From the sequence record SRR20825019_1298: a stretch of 64,000 bases of DNA; one strand, given 5' to 3'. The notes under the pieces were generated by a model. It worked only from the letters and a program-made list of their open reading frames with translations. It searched no databases and had not been told where the DNA came from. Shown in pieces: positions 41,104 to 52,070 of this stretch. A program made the translations under genes and the position numbers. The first letter of the stretch is position 1, and each line of letters opens with the position of its first letter.

Positions 41104-42501
41104 ATGACCGAGACGATCAATTGTAAAGTTCTGATCCTTGGCGCAGGCCCAGGCGGATATGTTGCTGCTATTCGCGCCGGACAACTTGGCCTTGATACGG
41201 TTATTGTCGAAGGTGAAAACCCTGGTGGTACATGCCTGAACATCGGCTGTATCCCTTCAAAAGCCATGATCCACGCTGCGGACGAATTCGAAAAGGTCAT
41301 GCACTTCACCGGGGAAAACGCGCTTGGCATCTCTCTTGAAAAACCAAAACTCGACTTCAAGAAGACCGTCGCATGGAAAGACGATATCGTTAGGAAGCTG
41401 ACTGGCGGCATCGCTGGCCTCTTCCGCAAAAACAAGGTCAAGCATATCGCCGGTTGGGGCACGATGATTGACGGCAAGACCTGTGAGGTCAAAACCAAAG
41501 ACGGTGTTGTGACGGTCAAGGCAGAAAATGTTATCCTGGCAACAGGTTCTGTGCCGATCGAGATTCCGAGCTTGCCATATGGCGACAAGATCATCTCCTC
41601 AACAGAAGCACTGTCGCTTGACAAAGTGCCGGGTAAACTCGTGGTTATTGGTGGCGGTTACATCGGCCTCGAGCTTGGTATTGCTTACGCAAAGCTGGGT
41701 GCAAAGGTAACCGTTGTAGAGGCGCTTGAGCGAGTTTTGGCACAGTATGACAAAGAGCTGACCAAGCCCGTTGTCACTAGCCTCAAGAATCTCGGTATCG
41801 AAGTGCTGAGCAACACCAAAGCAAAAGGCCTCTCCAAAGACGGCAAATCCCTTCTCATAGAGACCAAAGATGGCTCAGAGGAGAAAATCGCCGCAGACAA
41901 GATCCTCGTTACCGTCGGTCGTCGTGCCAAAACGGAGGGCTGGGGGCTTGAAGGCCTTGATCTCACCATGAATGGCCGTGTTGTCGCTATTGATGATAAA
42001 TGCCAGACATCGATGACCGGGGTTTATGCAATTGGTGACCTGACAGGTGAGCCAATGCTTGCGCACCGCGCAATGGCACAGGGTGAAATGGTGGCAGAGA
42101 TCATTGCGGGGCAAAACTGCACTTTCGACAAGGTTTCCATCCCTGCGGTTTGTTTCACTGACCCGGAGATTGTAACCGCAGGCCTTTCACCAGACCAGGC
42201 ACAAGATGCCGGTTATGAAACCAAGGTAGGTGTGTTCCCCTTCTCCGCTAACGGTCGCGCCATGACCATGGAATCCGAAGACGGCTTTGTTCGCATTGTC
42301 GCCCGCAAAGACAACCATGTTGTGCTAGGTATCCAGGCCGTCGGCAAAGGTGTATCAGAACTGTCCGCCGCTTTCTCTCTGGCCCTCGAAATGGGAGCAC
42401 GGCTTGAGGATGTAGCGGGTACTATTCACGCGCACCCAACCCAGAGCGAAGGCTTCCAGGAAGCCGCGCTGAAGACACTGGGGCACGCGCTCCATATCTA
42501 A
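41104..42501 (+). CDS. lpdV: Dihydrolipoamide dehydrogenase E3
   Basis: [27 protein letters not shown]. Confidence 0.95.
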   Translation: MTETINCKVLILGAGPGGYVAAIRAGQLGLDTVIVEGENPGGTCLNIGCIPSKAMIHAADEFEKVMHFTGENALGISLEKPKLDFKKTVAWKDDIVRKLTGGIAGLFRKNKVKHIAGWGTMIDGKTCEVKTKDGVVTVKAENVILATGSVPIEIPSLPYGDKIISSTEALSLDKVPGKLVVIGGGYIGLELGIAYAKLGAKVTVVEALERVLAQYDKELTKPVVTSLKNLGIEVLSNTKAKGLSKDGKSLLIETKDGSEEKIAADKILVTVGRRAKTEGWGLEGLDLTMNGRVVAIDDKCQTSMTGVYAIGDLTGEPMLAHRAMAQGEMVAEIIAGQNCTFDKVSIPAVCFTDPEIVTAGLSPDQAQDAGYETKVGVFPFSANGRAMTMESEDGFVRIVARKDNHVVLGIQAVGKGVSELSAAFSLALEMGARLEDVAGTIHAHPTQSEGFQEAALKTLGHALHI

Positions 42502-42522
42502 AGTTTAGTGAACAGAATTGAT

Positions 42523-42551
42523 AAAGGGCGTCCTGTTGGACGCCCTTTTTT
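42523..42551 (+). terminator. Terminator of the bkd operon
   Basis: AAAGGGCGTCC-TGTT-GGACGCCC followed by a T run. Confidence 0.85.
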
Positions 42552-42894
42552 GTTGCACATGCAAAAGACCTTTGGGCCTTTGTTTCCGTAGCGTTACAGC
42601 CAACTTGAATGAGAGAAATTTGTCGTTTGGAACGATATTTCTTACTGTTATTCACAAATTATAAAAATGGCAGAAAAACTATCTGAAGATTGCAAAAATC
42701 GCCAAACTTCGAAAGCTCATTTCGTGAGAAGAGTGCAATACTCCGCGCAACTCAAATCCCGTGAGGTATAATAAAATACGCGGCAAAGCCTGTGATAGTT
42801 TGCAGGCAGGACCGAAGGAGCAGGCGGGAGTTTGAGGTGCGTTCGTAGGGGGCGTTGCCCCCGAACGGGACTTCAACTTGGAAGGGATTATAGT

Positions 42895-44019
42895 ATGCCC
42901 GTATTCGATTCACGCAGCTTCAGGAACCACGAGCAGGTCGTATTCTGCTCCGATGAAGCTTCAGGCCTCAAAGCAATTATCGCTGTGCACTCAACAGCGC
43001 TCGGCCCCGCAACCGGCGGCACGCGCTTCTGGGACTATGCAGCCATTCACCGCCGCTCTGCCCCGATTGATATTGCGGAAACCCGTGGAGAGCAGGACGC
43101 CGTATACGACGTTCTTCGCCTCTCACGCGGTATGTCATTCAAAAACGCCATGGCTGGGCTTCGTCTTGGCGGCGGCAAGTCCGTCATCATTGGCAACCCA
43201 AAAGAACTTGGCACTCCTGAGTTGATGCGCGCGTTTGGCCGCATGATCAACCGTCTTGGCGGCAGCTACTACGCAGCGGAAGACGTTGGCACAAGCCCGG
43301 ACATGCTCGCCGCTGCTTCCGAGACCACTGATTTTGTTTGTGGTCTTGATGGCGGTGACTTTGGTACCGGCGACCCCTCACCACATACAGCACTTGGTGT
43401 GTTTACCGGCATTCAAGCGTCCGTAAAACACCGCCTCGGCCGGGATGACCTGAACGGCGTTCGCGTTGCGGTACAAGGCCTTGGGCACGTTGGTCAGTAT
43501 CTGATCGATCATCTGCGTCGTGCGGGTGCAAAAGTGATCGTCACAGATATCGTTGACGCCAACATCCAATCGGTACTCGCTCGTGGTGAAGCAGAAGTTG
43601 TTTCGCCGGATGTTATCCACGCTGTGGACTGCGATGTATACGCACCCTGCGCACTTGGTGGTACGTTGAACCCGAAAACCCTTGGCGATATCAAAGCCAC
43701 AATCATTGCCGGTGCAGCTAACAATCAGCTGGAAACAGAAGGCAAGGAAGACGAGCAGCTTCGTCAACGTGGCATTCTATACGCGCCTGACTATGTAATC
43801 AACGCAGGTGGCATTATCTCAGTTGAATCTGAGGTCTACAAAGAGAAGATGGATGCCATCGCCCGTGAAGCCAAGGTGCTTCGTATTGGCGAGACGCTGA
43901 CGAAAATCTTTAACGCCAGCGACAAAGAAACACGCCCTACCGGTGTTATCGCCAACGAAATGGCCGAGACCATTATTCGTAAGGCGAACGAAGCCAAGCT
44001 GGCGAACGCAGCTGAATAG
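42895..44019 (+). CDS. Leucine dehydrogenase (Glu/Leu/Phe/Val dehydrogenase family)
   Basis: GLKAIIAVH, GPATGG, GGGKSVI, AEDVG, GLGHVG, GAANNQL, PDYVINAGG. ATG 42895. Confidence 0.92.
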   Translation: MPVFDSRSFRNHEQVVFCSDEASGLKAIIAVHSTALGPATGGTRFWDYAAIHRRSAPIDIAETRGEQDAVYDVLRLSRGMSFKNAMAGLRLGGGKSVIIGNPKELGTPELMRAFGRMINRLGGSYYAAEDVGTSPDMLAAASETTDFVCGLDGGDFGTGDPSPHTALGVFTGIQASVKHRLGRDDLNGVRVAVQGLGHVGQYLIDHLRRAGAKVIVTDIVDANIQSVLARGEAEVVSPDVIHAVDCDVYAPCALGGTLNPKTLGDIKATIIAGAANNQLETEGKEDEQLRQRGILYAPDYVINAGGIISVESEVYKEKMDAIAREAKVLRIGETLTKIFNASDKETRPTGVIANEMAETIIRKANEAKLANAAE

Positions 44020-44040
44020 TTTAAGGCTTTAGCCTCACTG

Positions 44041-44074
44041 AAAGCCCCTGCCTTTGAGCGGGGGCTTTTTATTT
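44041..44074 (+). terminator. Terminator after leucine dehydrogenase
   Basis: AAAGCCCCTGC...GCGGGGGCTTTTTATTT. Confidence 0.75.
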
Positions 44075-44100
44075 GCACGCGGCATAGTTAATCTACTGGT

Positions 44101-44430
44101 ATGGAAGCTAATATTGCAGAACCTGAGACACTTGGACGTAACGTCCGCGAAGCTCGCCAGGCATTGGGTTGGAGCACTATGGAGCTTGCTACCAAAGCGT
44201 CCCTTAACGTGGACATCGTCACAAAGCTCGAACGGTCAAGCGACTGCAGCAGCAATGATTTGGAGCAAATATCCCGTGCGCTTGGCATCCCTCCCGCAAT
44301 CCTGAAGCCCGGTGAGCATCAGGATGAGAGTAACAAACCACCGAGCAAGCGCATCAAATGGGCGCCAGCCATCATCACAACCGGGTTTATGCTTGTATTG
44401 ATCAAACTCATGCTTCCCAGCCTGCTCTAA
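44101..44430 (+). CDS. XRE/Cro-like HTH protein with C-terminal transmembrane segment
   Basis: LGRNVREARQALGWS..ELA..ASL...KLE...ISRALGI followed by a hydrophobic C-terminus. Confidence 0.65.
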   Translation: MEANIAEPETLGRNVREARQALGWSTMELATKASLNVDIVTKLERSSDCSSNDLEQISRALGIPPAILKPGEHQDESNKPPSKRIKWAPAIITTGFMLVLIKLMLPSLL

Positions 44431-44432
44431 TG

Positions 44433-44460
44433 AAAAAGGCGGCGCAAACGCACCGCCTTC
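44433..44460 (-). terminator. Terminator after the minus-strand TonB receptor
   Basis: Minus strand GAAGGCGGTGCG-TTTG-CGCCGCC-TTTTT. Confidence 0.7.
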
Positions 44461-44482
44461 TCCAATTCTAATAACCGAAAAC

Positions 44483-46876
44483 TTAGAAGTGTTTACGGAT
44501 CAGCATACCAAAGGTACGTGGCTGGTTGGTCCGGAAACCAAGACGCGCCCGGCCGCCACGCTCACGGTCGAATGAAAGGTTTGCGTTTTCATCCGTCACG
44601 TTCGTCACATACGCCATAAACTCGAGGTCATCCCAGTTGATGCCAAAGCTGAAGTTCAGCGTTTGGTATGGGTCGAGCTCTAGATCAAGCGTGGTTGCGT
44701 CCGTACCTGGTGCACCGCCAAACGCGAGACCGGACACAAACACACCTGCCCCCGGCTCTTGGTCAGACGGCTGCGTGAACAAGCTGCCGCGGTGCTGGAA
44801 GGTTGCAGAGAAGTAAGCCTCTGCACCATCACCCGCAACTTCAAACGGGAAGCTATAGGTAGCGGTTGTACCGAAGTTGAACTTAGGTACAGACGCCAGC
44901 CTGTTATCTTCACGAACACCACCAAGCACAGCGCCGTTACTATCGATCACGGTTGAATCGAACTTGGCTTCGAGCAAGCTACCTGCGAAGGACAAGTTGA
45001 GACCTTCAACCGGACGGGCTTTAAACTCAAGCTCGATACCCTGAGTGTGTGCTTTAGGTACGTTGAAGGAGATACGCGAAGAACACGAACCCGCATCAAG
45101 CGTAACCTGGAGGTTTTTGATCTTTGTATAGAAAGCAGCAGCGTTCAAGCTGAACTTACGGCCACTCACCTTCACACCAGCTTCATAGTTCCAGAGGGAC
45201 TCGTCGTCATAATCCTGGAAGCCACCAAAGACTTTAAGGTCATCGGCATTACAGAGAGCCGTGTTAAGCGGGTCATTCACGCCGCCAAGACGAAAACCTT
45301 TGGAAACCTGGGCGTTGATCGTAACACTGTCGCTTGCCTCATAGCTGGCCAACAAGCGCGGCGTAAAGCCATTTGATGACGTTGTATCGACTTGGTCAAC
45401 TACACCGTTACCAAAAAGGCCAACCTGAGTTACGCTACGCTCTTCTTTGTAGTCATAGTAACGACCACCAGCTGTCAGATGCATCCGATCAGAGATGTCG
45501 TACGTTGCTTCACCAAAGATCGCGACCTGCTCAAGTGTATATGGAAGCACCGAATAGAAAGGTGAGTCGGCTGGAGCGACGCCCATACCAACAGCAGCAG
45601 CCGTCCCTGCCCCCAGTACCGCATCGGTTACAGCGTCATAACCCGGTGTTGGCAGGAATTGCTCATAGTAACGATCGGTTTTGGAGTAGAAACCGCCCAC
45701 AATCCACTGCAGCGCGCTATCGCTGTTTGAACTCAAACGCAGTTCCTGAGTGAACTGTTCAACCTTCGTGGTGTCACGAAGGTTCGATGGAAAATTAACC
45801 GCCGCTGTCGGGAAGCCAAGGTCAACAGACACACTGCCGCTTAGCGCGCTTGCATCACGGCTCACAAGGATATCCCGGTCCGTGTAGCTGGTCACAGACG
45901 TCAGGTCGATGCTGTCGAAGTTCACTTCGGCAGTGAGGTCCAAAATCAACGTCTCGTCCTTGAAGCCTTCACGAAGCTTCAGGAACTGTTCGCGCTCTTC
46001 AAATACAGTAGGCTCACTCATGAACGGGTTAGCATAAAGGTTGTAAACCTCCTGCCTGTTGAAACCATTCATATCGATCTCTTGATAAATCACCCGCGGT
46101 GTGAGCGTGATGTTCTCTGTTGGCTTAACTGTCAGAGCAACACGACCGCCAGTCCGGCTGCCATCGTTCACGTCTTTGTTGTATCCGCCATTCGGGCGAT
46201 GGGCGTCAATATAACCCGCATATTCCGTATGATACGCAACAACCCGCAGTGCTGAACTGCCTTCGGAAAGCGGCACGTTTGCCATTGCTTTCACGTGGCC
46301 GCCATTGCTGCCGCCGCTAACGGTGTTGAGGTCTGCCTCAACATTGCCCTCGAACTCCTCAAGGTTGGGCTGGTTCGTAATGTAACGAATTGTACCACCA
46401 ACAGAGCCGGAGCCAAACAGCGTACCTTGTGGTCCGCGCAGAGTTTCAACGCGGTTGAGATCATACAAGTCAAGGTCTGGCGTAAACAGCGAAAGCGAGA
46501 TAACAGATTCGTCGAGATATACGCCGACCTGTTCTTTCACGCCCGGTTGGTCACGCACCACCTGGCCCGCAGATACGCCGCGGATAGCAACCTGGCTCTG
46601 TCCTGGTCCCAAATTCTGGATCATCAAACCCGCGACGTTACCTGAGAGGTCTTCCAGGCTTTTCGCGCCGGAACGACGGATGTCATCCTGAGTTTGCGCG
46701 TTAATCGAAAACGGTACATCCTGAATGGATGACGCGCGTTTCGTCGCTGTTACAACAATTTCCTCAAACTCAACTCCCGTGTCTTGTTGAGCTGACGCTG
46801 CCGCGGATACGCCGCACGCAAGCGACAAAGCCAACATGGATACACCTGATTGCTTAATCATGTTTTTGTGTCGCAT
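44483..46876 (-). CDS. TonB-dependent receptor
   Basis: Signal peptide, TonB box FEEIVVTATKR, RVETLRGPQGTLFG, C-terminal Phe. Confidence 0.95.
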   Translation of the reverse strand: MRHKNMIKQSGVSMLALSLACGVSAAASAQQDTGVEFEEIVVTATKRASSIQDVPFSINAQTQDDIRRSGAKSLEDLSGNVAGLMIQNLGPGQSQVAIRGVSAGQVVRDQPGVKEQVGVYLDESVISLSLFTPDLDLYDLNRVETLRGPQGTLFGSGSVGGTIRYITNQPNLEEFEGNVEADLNTVSGGSNGGHVKAMANVPLSEGSSALRVVAYHTEYAGYIDAHRPNGGYNKDVNDGSRTGGRVALTVKPTENITLTPRVIYQEIDMNGFNRQEVYNLYANPFMSEPTVFEEREQFLKLREGFKDETLILDLTAEVNFDSIDLTSVTSYTDRDILVSRDASALSGSVSVDLGFPTAAVNFPSNLRDTTKVEQFTQELRLSSNSDSALQWIVGGFYSKTDRYYEQFLPTPGYDAVTDAVLGAGTAAAVGMGVAPADSPFYSVLPYTLEQVAIFGEATYDISDRMHLTAGGRYYDYKEERSVTQVGLFGNGVVDQVDTTSSNGFTPRLLASYEASDSVTINAQVSKGFRLGGVNDPLNTALCNADDLKVFGGFQDYDDESLWNYEAGVKVSGRKFSLNAAAFYTKIKNLQVTLDAGSCSSRISFNVPKAHTQGIELEFKARPVEGLNLSFAGSLLEAKFDSTVIDSNGAVLGGVREDNRLASVPKFNFGTTATYSFPFEVAGDGAEAYFSATFQHRGSLFTQPSDQEPGAGVFVSGLAFGGAPGTDATTLDLELDPYQTLNFSFGINWDDLEFMAYVTNVTDENANLSFDRERGGRARLGFRTNQPRTFGMLIRKHF

Positions 46877-47228
46877 TTCGAACCCTTCTCTTGGTCTTAG
46901 TTTCTTGTTTTAAGTTTCATATGTAATCATTATTCGTAGCATTAACCTACGAAACAGGAATAAATTCCAGTAAGCAAATGGCGTCCTGAGGGGTCGGCAT
47001 ATACTTCTTCCAAAACCTGTGTCCTTTAAGACACGAATACATACCCGATTCGCTATAAAGCTTAAATTTTACAGATAGTTAAAGTGTTGCCTGTATGCAT
47101 CACCTACCGCACCGCCCGGCGACCTGGCAAGTAATGGTCGTCCTGAAATATAACTTTAGATATACGTTGTATGTATGACTTCCTCCTTGGACCATTCCCT
47201 ATAGAATAAGACGAAGAGGAGAGGTCAG

Positions 47229-47679
47229 ATGAGAATGTTTTTTTGTGCAATTACAGCATTAAGTGCTGTGACACTGCCTGTTTGGGCAAATGACGAAGAA
47301 ATAATGAATATTGACCGCGCTTTTGCGCGCATGTCGATGGATCAGGGCATCGCTGACGCATTCGACCATTACCTTTCAGATGACGCGGTTAAGCTTGATG
47401 GAGGTTCGCATCCGCAGGTGGGGCATAGCACTATCATCACCGGCATGAGGCAAATCCCCGAAGACGCGACACTGGACTGGGAACCTGCGGGCTGGCAAAG
47501 TCGCGGCATCCGGTGATCTGGCGTACACTTGGGGCACCTATGTGCTCACGTTTTTGAGCGGTGGTGAACGCAAGGAAGCGTTTGGAAAATACATCACCGT
47601 TTGGGAGAAACGAAACGGTGAATGGAAGGCTGTGCTGGACGGCGGCAACGCAAGCCCAGGCGCATGGGACGGAAACTAA
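47229..47679 (+). pseudogene. NTF2-like / DUF4440 (YybH-type) exported protein with a +1 frameshift
   Basis: Frame 1 reads to ...LDWEPA (47489). Skipping one G resumes AGKVAASGDLAYTWGTY...GKYITVWEKRNGEWKAVLDGGN to TAA at 47677-47679. Confidence 0.8.
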
Positions 47680-47690
47680 CGCACCCCACA

Positions 47691-47722
47691 ATAAAAAGGG
47701 GCCACCAAACATGGCAGCCCCA
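47691..47722 (-). terminator. Terminator of the Phe/Tyr operon
   Basis: Minus strand GGGGCTGCCA-TGTT-TGGTGGCCCC-TTTTTAT. Confidence 0.7.
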
Positions 47723-47748
47723 AGTCCAGCCCATTTTATAGTTATTAT

Positions 47749-48633
47749 TTAGCTCGCGGCCTTGGCCAGGCGTCCACCTGCTTTGGCATAGGCCTGTGTG
47801 CCGTCGTTATGAACGTGATCTCCCTCAAGAACAGCGTCCACAGGGTAAACGGTTTTGTCAGCTTCCAAGCCGTCATAGAGCGGCCCGAAATCCTGATAGG
47901 TCGCTTCCAGAAGCTCCTCAAAGCTATCAATGACCCAATAGGTTTGCTGGAAGTCATCAATCCGGTAATCAGTCCGCATCAGCCGAGTAAGGTCAAAGTG
48001 GATACGGTTGGGGCTATTGTCTTCAAGACAAAAAATACTCTCGGATTTTGAGCTGACAATACCAGCACCATAAATGCGCATGCCTTTTGGTGTATTGATG
48101 AGCCCAAACTCAACGGTATACCAGTATAGCCGCGCGAGGTTTTTGAGCACACCGCGCCCCATGGCGCGCTGCCCGCCCTTACCATAAGCTTCCATGTAAT
48201 CCGCGAATACCGGGTTGGCCAGAAGCGGCACGTGCCCAAATACATCATGGAATACATCGGGCTCCTGCAGATAATCCAGCTGGGCTTCACTACGAATAAA
48301 ATTACCCGCGGGAAAACGCCTGTTTGCGAGATGATCAAAAAACACTTCGTCCGGCACAAGGTCAGGTACAGCAACCACTGTCCAGCCTGTTCTTTCCATC
48401 AATTTAGCAGACAAGTCTTCAAATTTTGGAATGCCGCCGTCAGACAATTTCAGCAGTTTGAGGCCATCCATAAACTCATCGCACGCCCTGCCTTCAAGCA
48501 TCTCTGATTGGCGGGCATAAAGCCTGTCCCAACGGTCATGCTCTTCTGCGGTGAAGTGGTCCCAATTCTGGTCAACGGTATAATCGTCGTTCACCTCAAC
48601 TTCGCGGCCTTGCCGTGTCTTAATTTTCATCAT
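47749..48633 (-). CDS. phhA: Phenylalanine 4-monooxygenase
   Basis: EPDVFHDVFGHVPLL, RLYWYTVEFGL, YGAGIVSS, YRIDDFQ. Confidence 0.97.
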   Translation of the reverse strand: MMKIKTRQGREVEVNDDYTVDQNWDHFTAEEHDRWDRLYARQSEMLEGRACDEFMDGLKLLKLSDGGIPKFEDLSAKLMERTGWTVVAVPDLVPDEVFFDHLANRRFPAGNFIRSEAQLDYLQEPDVFHDVFGHVPLLANPVFADYMEAYGKGGQRAMGRGVLKNLARLYWYTVEFGLINTPKGMRIYGAGIVSSKSESIFCLEDNSPNRIHFDLTRLMRTDYRIDDFQQTYWVIDSFEELLEATYQDFGPLYDGLEADKTVYPVDAVLEGDHVHNDGTQAYAKAGGRLAKAAS

Positions 48634-48650
48634 TACTCTCCCAAAAGGCC

Positions 48651-49304
48651 TTAGTTTACAGGCGTATCTGGCTGATTTTCGGGCGCAGCCGCCTTAAAAG
48701 CCTCAAGATCGTTACATGCAGTGTCTATGCGTAGAAGCGTGGGGAAATCTTTGAGCGGCACATCAAACCGCCGCGCATTCCATATCTGCGGCGCGAGATA
48801 TACATCTGCCAGCCCCGGCGTATCACCGATGCAGAATTTTCCCGTGCGGTTATCGTGCGAGAGTGTCTTCTCAAGTGCCTTAAAACCTTCAAGCACCCAA
48901 TGAGTATACCACTTTTGGACCGCACTTTCATCTGCACCTAGGTCGGCTTTCAGCCACATCAGAACAGACAGATTGTTGAGCGGGTGGATATCACAGGCAA
49001 CGACATTTGCCAGCTGGCGCGCGTATGCTCTGTCCGCCACACTTTTTGGCAAAAGCGCCACATCAGGATAGGCTTCCTCCAGATACTCGATAATAGCCGG
49101 AGACTGAGATATCCGCACATCACCATCCACGAAGAATGGTACACGCCCTTGCGGGTTCAACTTCAAGTATGCGTCAGAACGTTGCTCAGTTACGCCCGGC
49201 TTGAGGTTTATGGCCTCATAGACGTAATCAAGCCCCTTGAGCGCAAGTGCTATGCGCACACGGTAAGCGGCGGATGAGCGAAAATAGCCAAAAAGTGTGC
49301 GCAT
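48651..49304 (-). CDS. maiA: Maleylacetoacetate isomerase (GST zeta)
   Basis: YFRSSAAYRVRIAL, NPQGRVP, CDIHPLNNL, PENQPD. Confidence 0.95.
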   Translation of the reverse strand: MRTLFGYFRSSAAYRVRIALALKGLDYVYEAINLKPGVTEQRSDAYLKLNPQGRVPFFVDGDVRISQSPAIIEYLEEAYPDVALLPKSVADRAYARQLANVVACDIHPLNNLSVLMWLKADLGADESAVQKWYTHWVLEGFKALEKTLSHDNRTGKFCIGDTPGLADVYLAPQIWNARRFDVPLKDFPTLLRIDTACNDLEAFKAAAPENQPDTPVN

Positions 49305-49312
49305 CTTAGCTA

Positions 49313-50320
49313 TCAGCCCTTCTCGACAACCTGATCAATCGCACCAAAGATCGATTGGCCATCTTTTCCAAACATCTCAATGCGGATTGTATCGCCAAAC
49401 TTCATAAAGCTTGTTGTCGGTGCACCGTTTTCAATCATCTCAATCATGCGAATTTCTGCGATACAACTGTATCCGACACCGCCCTCAGCGACAGGCTTAC
49501 CGGGGCCTCCATCAAGCTTGTTTGAAACTGTACCCGATCCGATTACAGCGCCAGCGCCAAGCGGACGCGTTTTTGCCGCGTGCGAAACCAGCTTGGCAAA
49601 ATTGAAGGTCATATCAACTCCGGCTTCCGGCTTGCCGAACATGTCGCCGTTATATCGAGACACCAAAGGCAGGCTGAGCTTCGTATCTGCCCAGACACCG
49701 TCGAGCTCGTCAGGCGTTACACAAACCGGGCTAAAAGCACTGGAAGGTTTAGACTGGAAAAAACCAAATCCTTTTGCCAGTTCACCCGGAATCAAACCTC
49801 TAAGCGACACATCGTTTACAAGCATAAGAAGCTTGATATGATCACCAGCGTTGCCTTCCGATACACCCATCGGCACATCGTCAGTGATCACAGCGATCTC
49901 TGCCTCGAAATCGATGCCCCATCCTTCATCCTGCGGCATCACAATTGCGTCACGCGGGCCGAGGAAAGTGTCAGAGCCACCCTGGTACATCAGCGGGTCA
50001 GTCCAAAACGTGGCGGGCATCTCAGCGTTGCGCGCCTTGCGCACAAGCTCCACGTGGTTCACATATGCGGAGCCGTCTGCCCATTGATAGGCGCGCGGCA
50101 GTGGAGAGGCGCAAGCAGCTTCATCAAAGGCTTCACCCTTCACGTCACCCGCATTGAGGGCGCTGTAGAGTGCCTGCAGCTTTGGAGAAGAGTTCGCCCA
50201 GTCATCAAGGGCGGCCTGTAGAGTTGTCGCAATGTCATCAGCAGGTATGCACCGGCTCAAATCCTTTGAAACAACAACCAGCTTGCCATCACGGCCATGC
50301 TTAAGGGAGGCGAGTTTCAT
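49313..50320 (-). CDS. fahA: Fumarylacetoacetate hydrolase family protein
   Basis: WADGSAY, DFEAE, NDVSLR, GFGFFQSKP, GSGTVSN; operon context. Confidence 0.85.
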   Translation of the reverse strand: MKLASLKHGRDGKLVVVSKDLSRCIPADDIATTLQAALDDWANSSPKLQALYSALNAGDVKGEAFDEAACASPLPRAYQWADGSAYVNHVELVRKARNAEMPATFWTDPLMYQGGSDTFLGPRDAIVMPQDEGWGIDFEAEIAVITDDVPMGVSEGNAGDHIKLLMLVNDVSLRGLIPGELAKGFGFFQSKPSSAFSPVCVTPDELDGVWADTKLSLPLVSRYNGDMFGKPEAGVDMTFNFAKLVSHAAKTRPLGAGAVIGSGTVSNKLDGGPGKPVAEGGVGYSCIAEIRMIEMIENGAPTTSFMKFGDTIRIEMFGKDGQSIFGAIDQVVEKG

Positions 50321-50362
50321 GGTATAGATTCCTTAAAGCTTTGATTTATCAGAATTTATTTC

Positions 50363-50911
50363 TTATTTTGCGCCCACGCTCTTGAATTCACCTTTCCCGT
50401 GAATCCATGCTGCGTGCTGAGGTGCTTTTTTGGTCTGCGACCATTCCTCGAGCATCGCAGGAGCAACGCGTTTCAGCTCATCCAGCATGCCCGGCATTGC
50501 CGTGTTAGCCGCCAGTTCAAGCCGATGCCCATTCGGGTCAAAGAAATAGATGGACTTGAAAATTGTATGGTCGGTCGGCCCAAGCACGTCAACGCCTGCA
50601 GCCTCGAGGCTCGCTTTCGCCTCCAACAGAACATCCATGCTTTCAACCTCAAAGGCAATATGCTGCACCCATTCAGGCGTATTGCCATCGCGACCCATTT
50701 CCGGCTGCTCAGGCAACTCAAAAAATGCAAGGACATTGCCGTTGCCCGCGTCCAGAAACAGATGCATATAGGGGTCGTAGGCACCAGTTGAGGGCACATG
50801 GTCTTCAGCAATCGCCAACTGGAAATCCATCTTCAGGTGCTTCTGGTAGAACTCGACGGTTTCCTTAGCATCCTTACATCGGTATGCCACATGATGAATA
50901 CGCTTTAACAT
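50363..50911 (-). CDS. VOC-family metalloprotein in the homogentisate operon (candidate ring-cleaving dioxygenase)
   Basis: MLKRIHHVAYRC...YMHLF...LAFFE...WVQHIAF...TDH..FKSIYFFDPNGHRLEL. ATG 50911. Confidence 0.8.
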   Translation of the reverse strand: MLKRIHHVAYRCKDAKETVEFYQKHLKMDFQLAIAEDHVPSTGAYDPYMHLFLDAGNGNVLAFFELPEQPEMGRDGNTPEWVQHIAFEVESMDVLLEAKASLEAAGVDVLGPTDHTIFKSIYFFDPNGHRLELAANTAMPGMLDELKRVAPAMLEEWSQTKKAPQHAAWIHGKGEFKSVGAK

Positions 50912-50981
50912 CTTCAGCTTGCCTTTCACTTTAGTCCAAGGTCGGTGTGGTTGGGGCCGCAAGTGCAGCCCCACGCGCGAC

Positions 50982-52070
50982 TTAAGCGGCGCTCTCATCC
51001 ACCTTAAGGGCACCACGACGGATTTGGTCACGTTCCATCGATTCAAAGAGCGCCTTGAAGTTGCCCTCGCCGAAGCCTTCATCTTTCTTACGCTGAATAA
51101 ACTCAAAGAAGATCGGGCCAACTTGAGTTTCGGAGAAAATCTGCAAGAGCAGGCGGTTGTCACCCTCTTCTGTTGAGCCATCCAGCAGAATGCCACGCCT
51201 TTTCAGCTCATCCACTGGTTCGCCGTGACCAGGGAGGCGCTCTTCCAGCATCTCATAGTATGTCTCAGGCGGTGCTGTCATAAACGGCACACCCTTGGCT
51301 TTCAAACGGTCCCAGCATTCCAACAAATTATCGCACGAGAAGGCGATGTGCTGAATACCTTCGCCATTATAGGCCATCAGATATTCTTCGATCTGCCCGC
51401 TGCCGCCCGCAGCTTCTTCATTGAGCGGGATACGGATCAAGCCGTCTGGCGCCGTCATCGCACGTGACGTCAGACCGGTATATTCGCCTTTAATGTCGAA
51501 GTAGCGAATTTCGCGGAAGTTGAAGAAGGTCTCATAGAACTTCGCCCAATAATCCATACGGCCGCGATAAACGTTGTGTGTCAGGTGGTCAATAACATTG
51601 AAACCACATCCGGCCGGATGGCGATCCACGCCTTCGATCCACTCAAAATCGATGTCATAGATGCTTTCACCATCCTTGAAACGGTCGATCAGGTAGAGAG
51701 CTGCACCGCCAATACCCTTGATGGCAGGCAGGTTCAGCTCCATTGGGCCAGTTTTCATATCAATCGGCTGTGCGCCCAGTTCCAACGCGCGCTTATAAGC
51801 GACGTGGCTGTCTTTCACACGGAACGCCATGCCACATGCTGAAGGGCCGTGCTCTTCACCATAATATCCAGCCGGGCAGTTTTTTTCATAGTTTGCGATG
51901 AAGTTGATATCGCCCTGGCGCCATAGCTCAACATCTTTTGAACGGTGCCGCGCTACCTTTGTAAAACCAAGCGTTTCAAACACGTTTTCGAGCATACCTT
52001 TTTCAGGTGCGGTAAATTCCACAAACTCGAAACCACAAAGGCCCATCGGATTCTCGAAAAGATCACCCAT
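50982..52070 (-). CDS. hppD: 4-hydroxyphenylpyruvate dioxygenase (alternative ATG at 52076)
   Basis: [42 protein letters not shown]. Confidence 0.97.
   Translation of the reverse strand: MGDLFENPMGLCGFEFVEFTAPEKGMLENVFETLGFTKVARHRSKDVELWRQGDINFIANYEKNCPAGYYGEEHGPSACGMAFRVKDSHVAYKRALELGAQPIDMKTGPMELNLPAIKGIGGAALYLIDRFKDGESIYDIDFEWIEGVDRHPAGCGFNVIDHLTHNVYRGRMDYWAKFYETFFNFREIRYFDIKGEYTGLTSRAMTAPDGLIRIPLNEEAAGGSGQIEEYLMAYNGEGIQHIAFSCDNLLECWDRLKAKGVPFMTAPPETYYEMLEERLPGHGEPVDELKRRGILLDGSTEEGDNRLLLQIFSETQVGPIFFEFIQRKKDEGFGEGNFKALFESMERDQIRRGALKVDESAA

Noticed and set aside
42781-42830. Glycine riboswitch suggested by CCGAAGGAGCA upstream of leucine dehydrogenase
   Set aside because: The upstream GGAGA and downstream CTCAGG elements are missing and there is no tandem aptamer.
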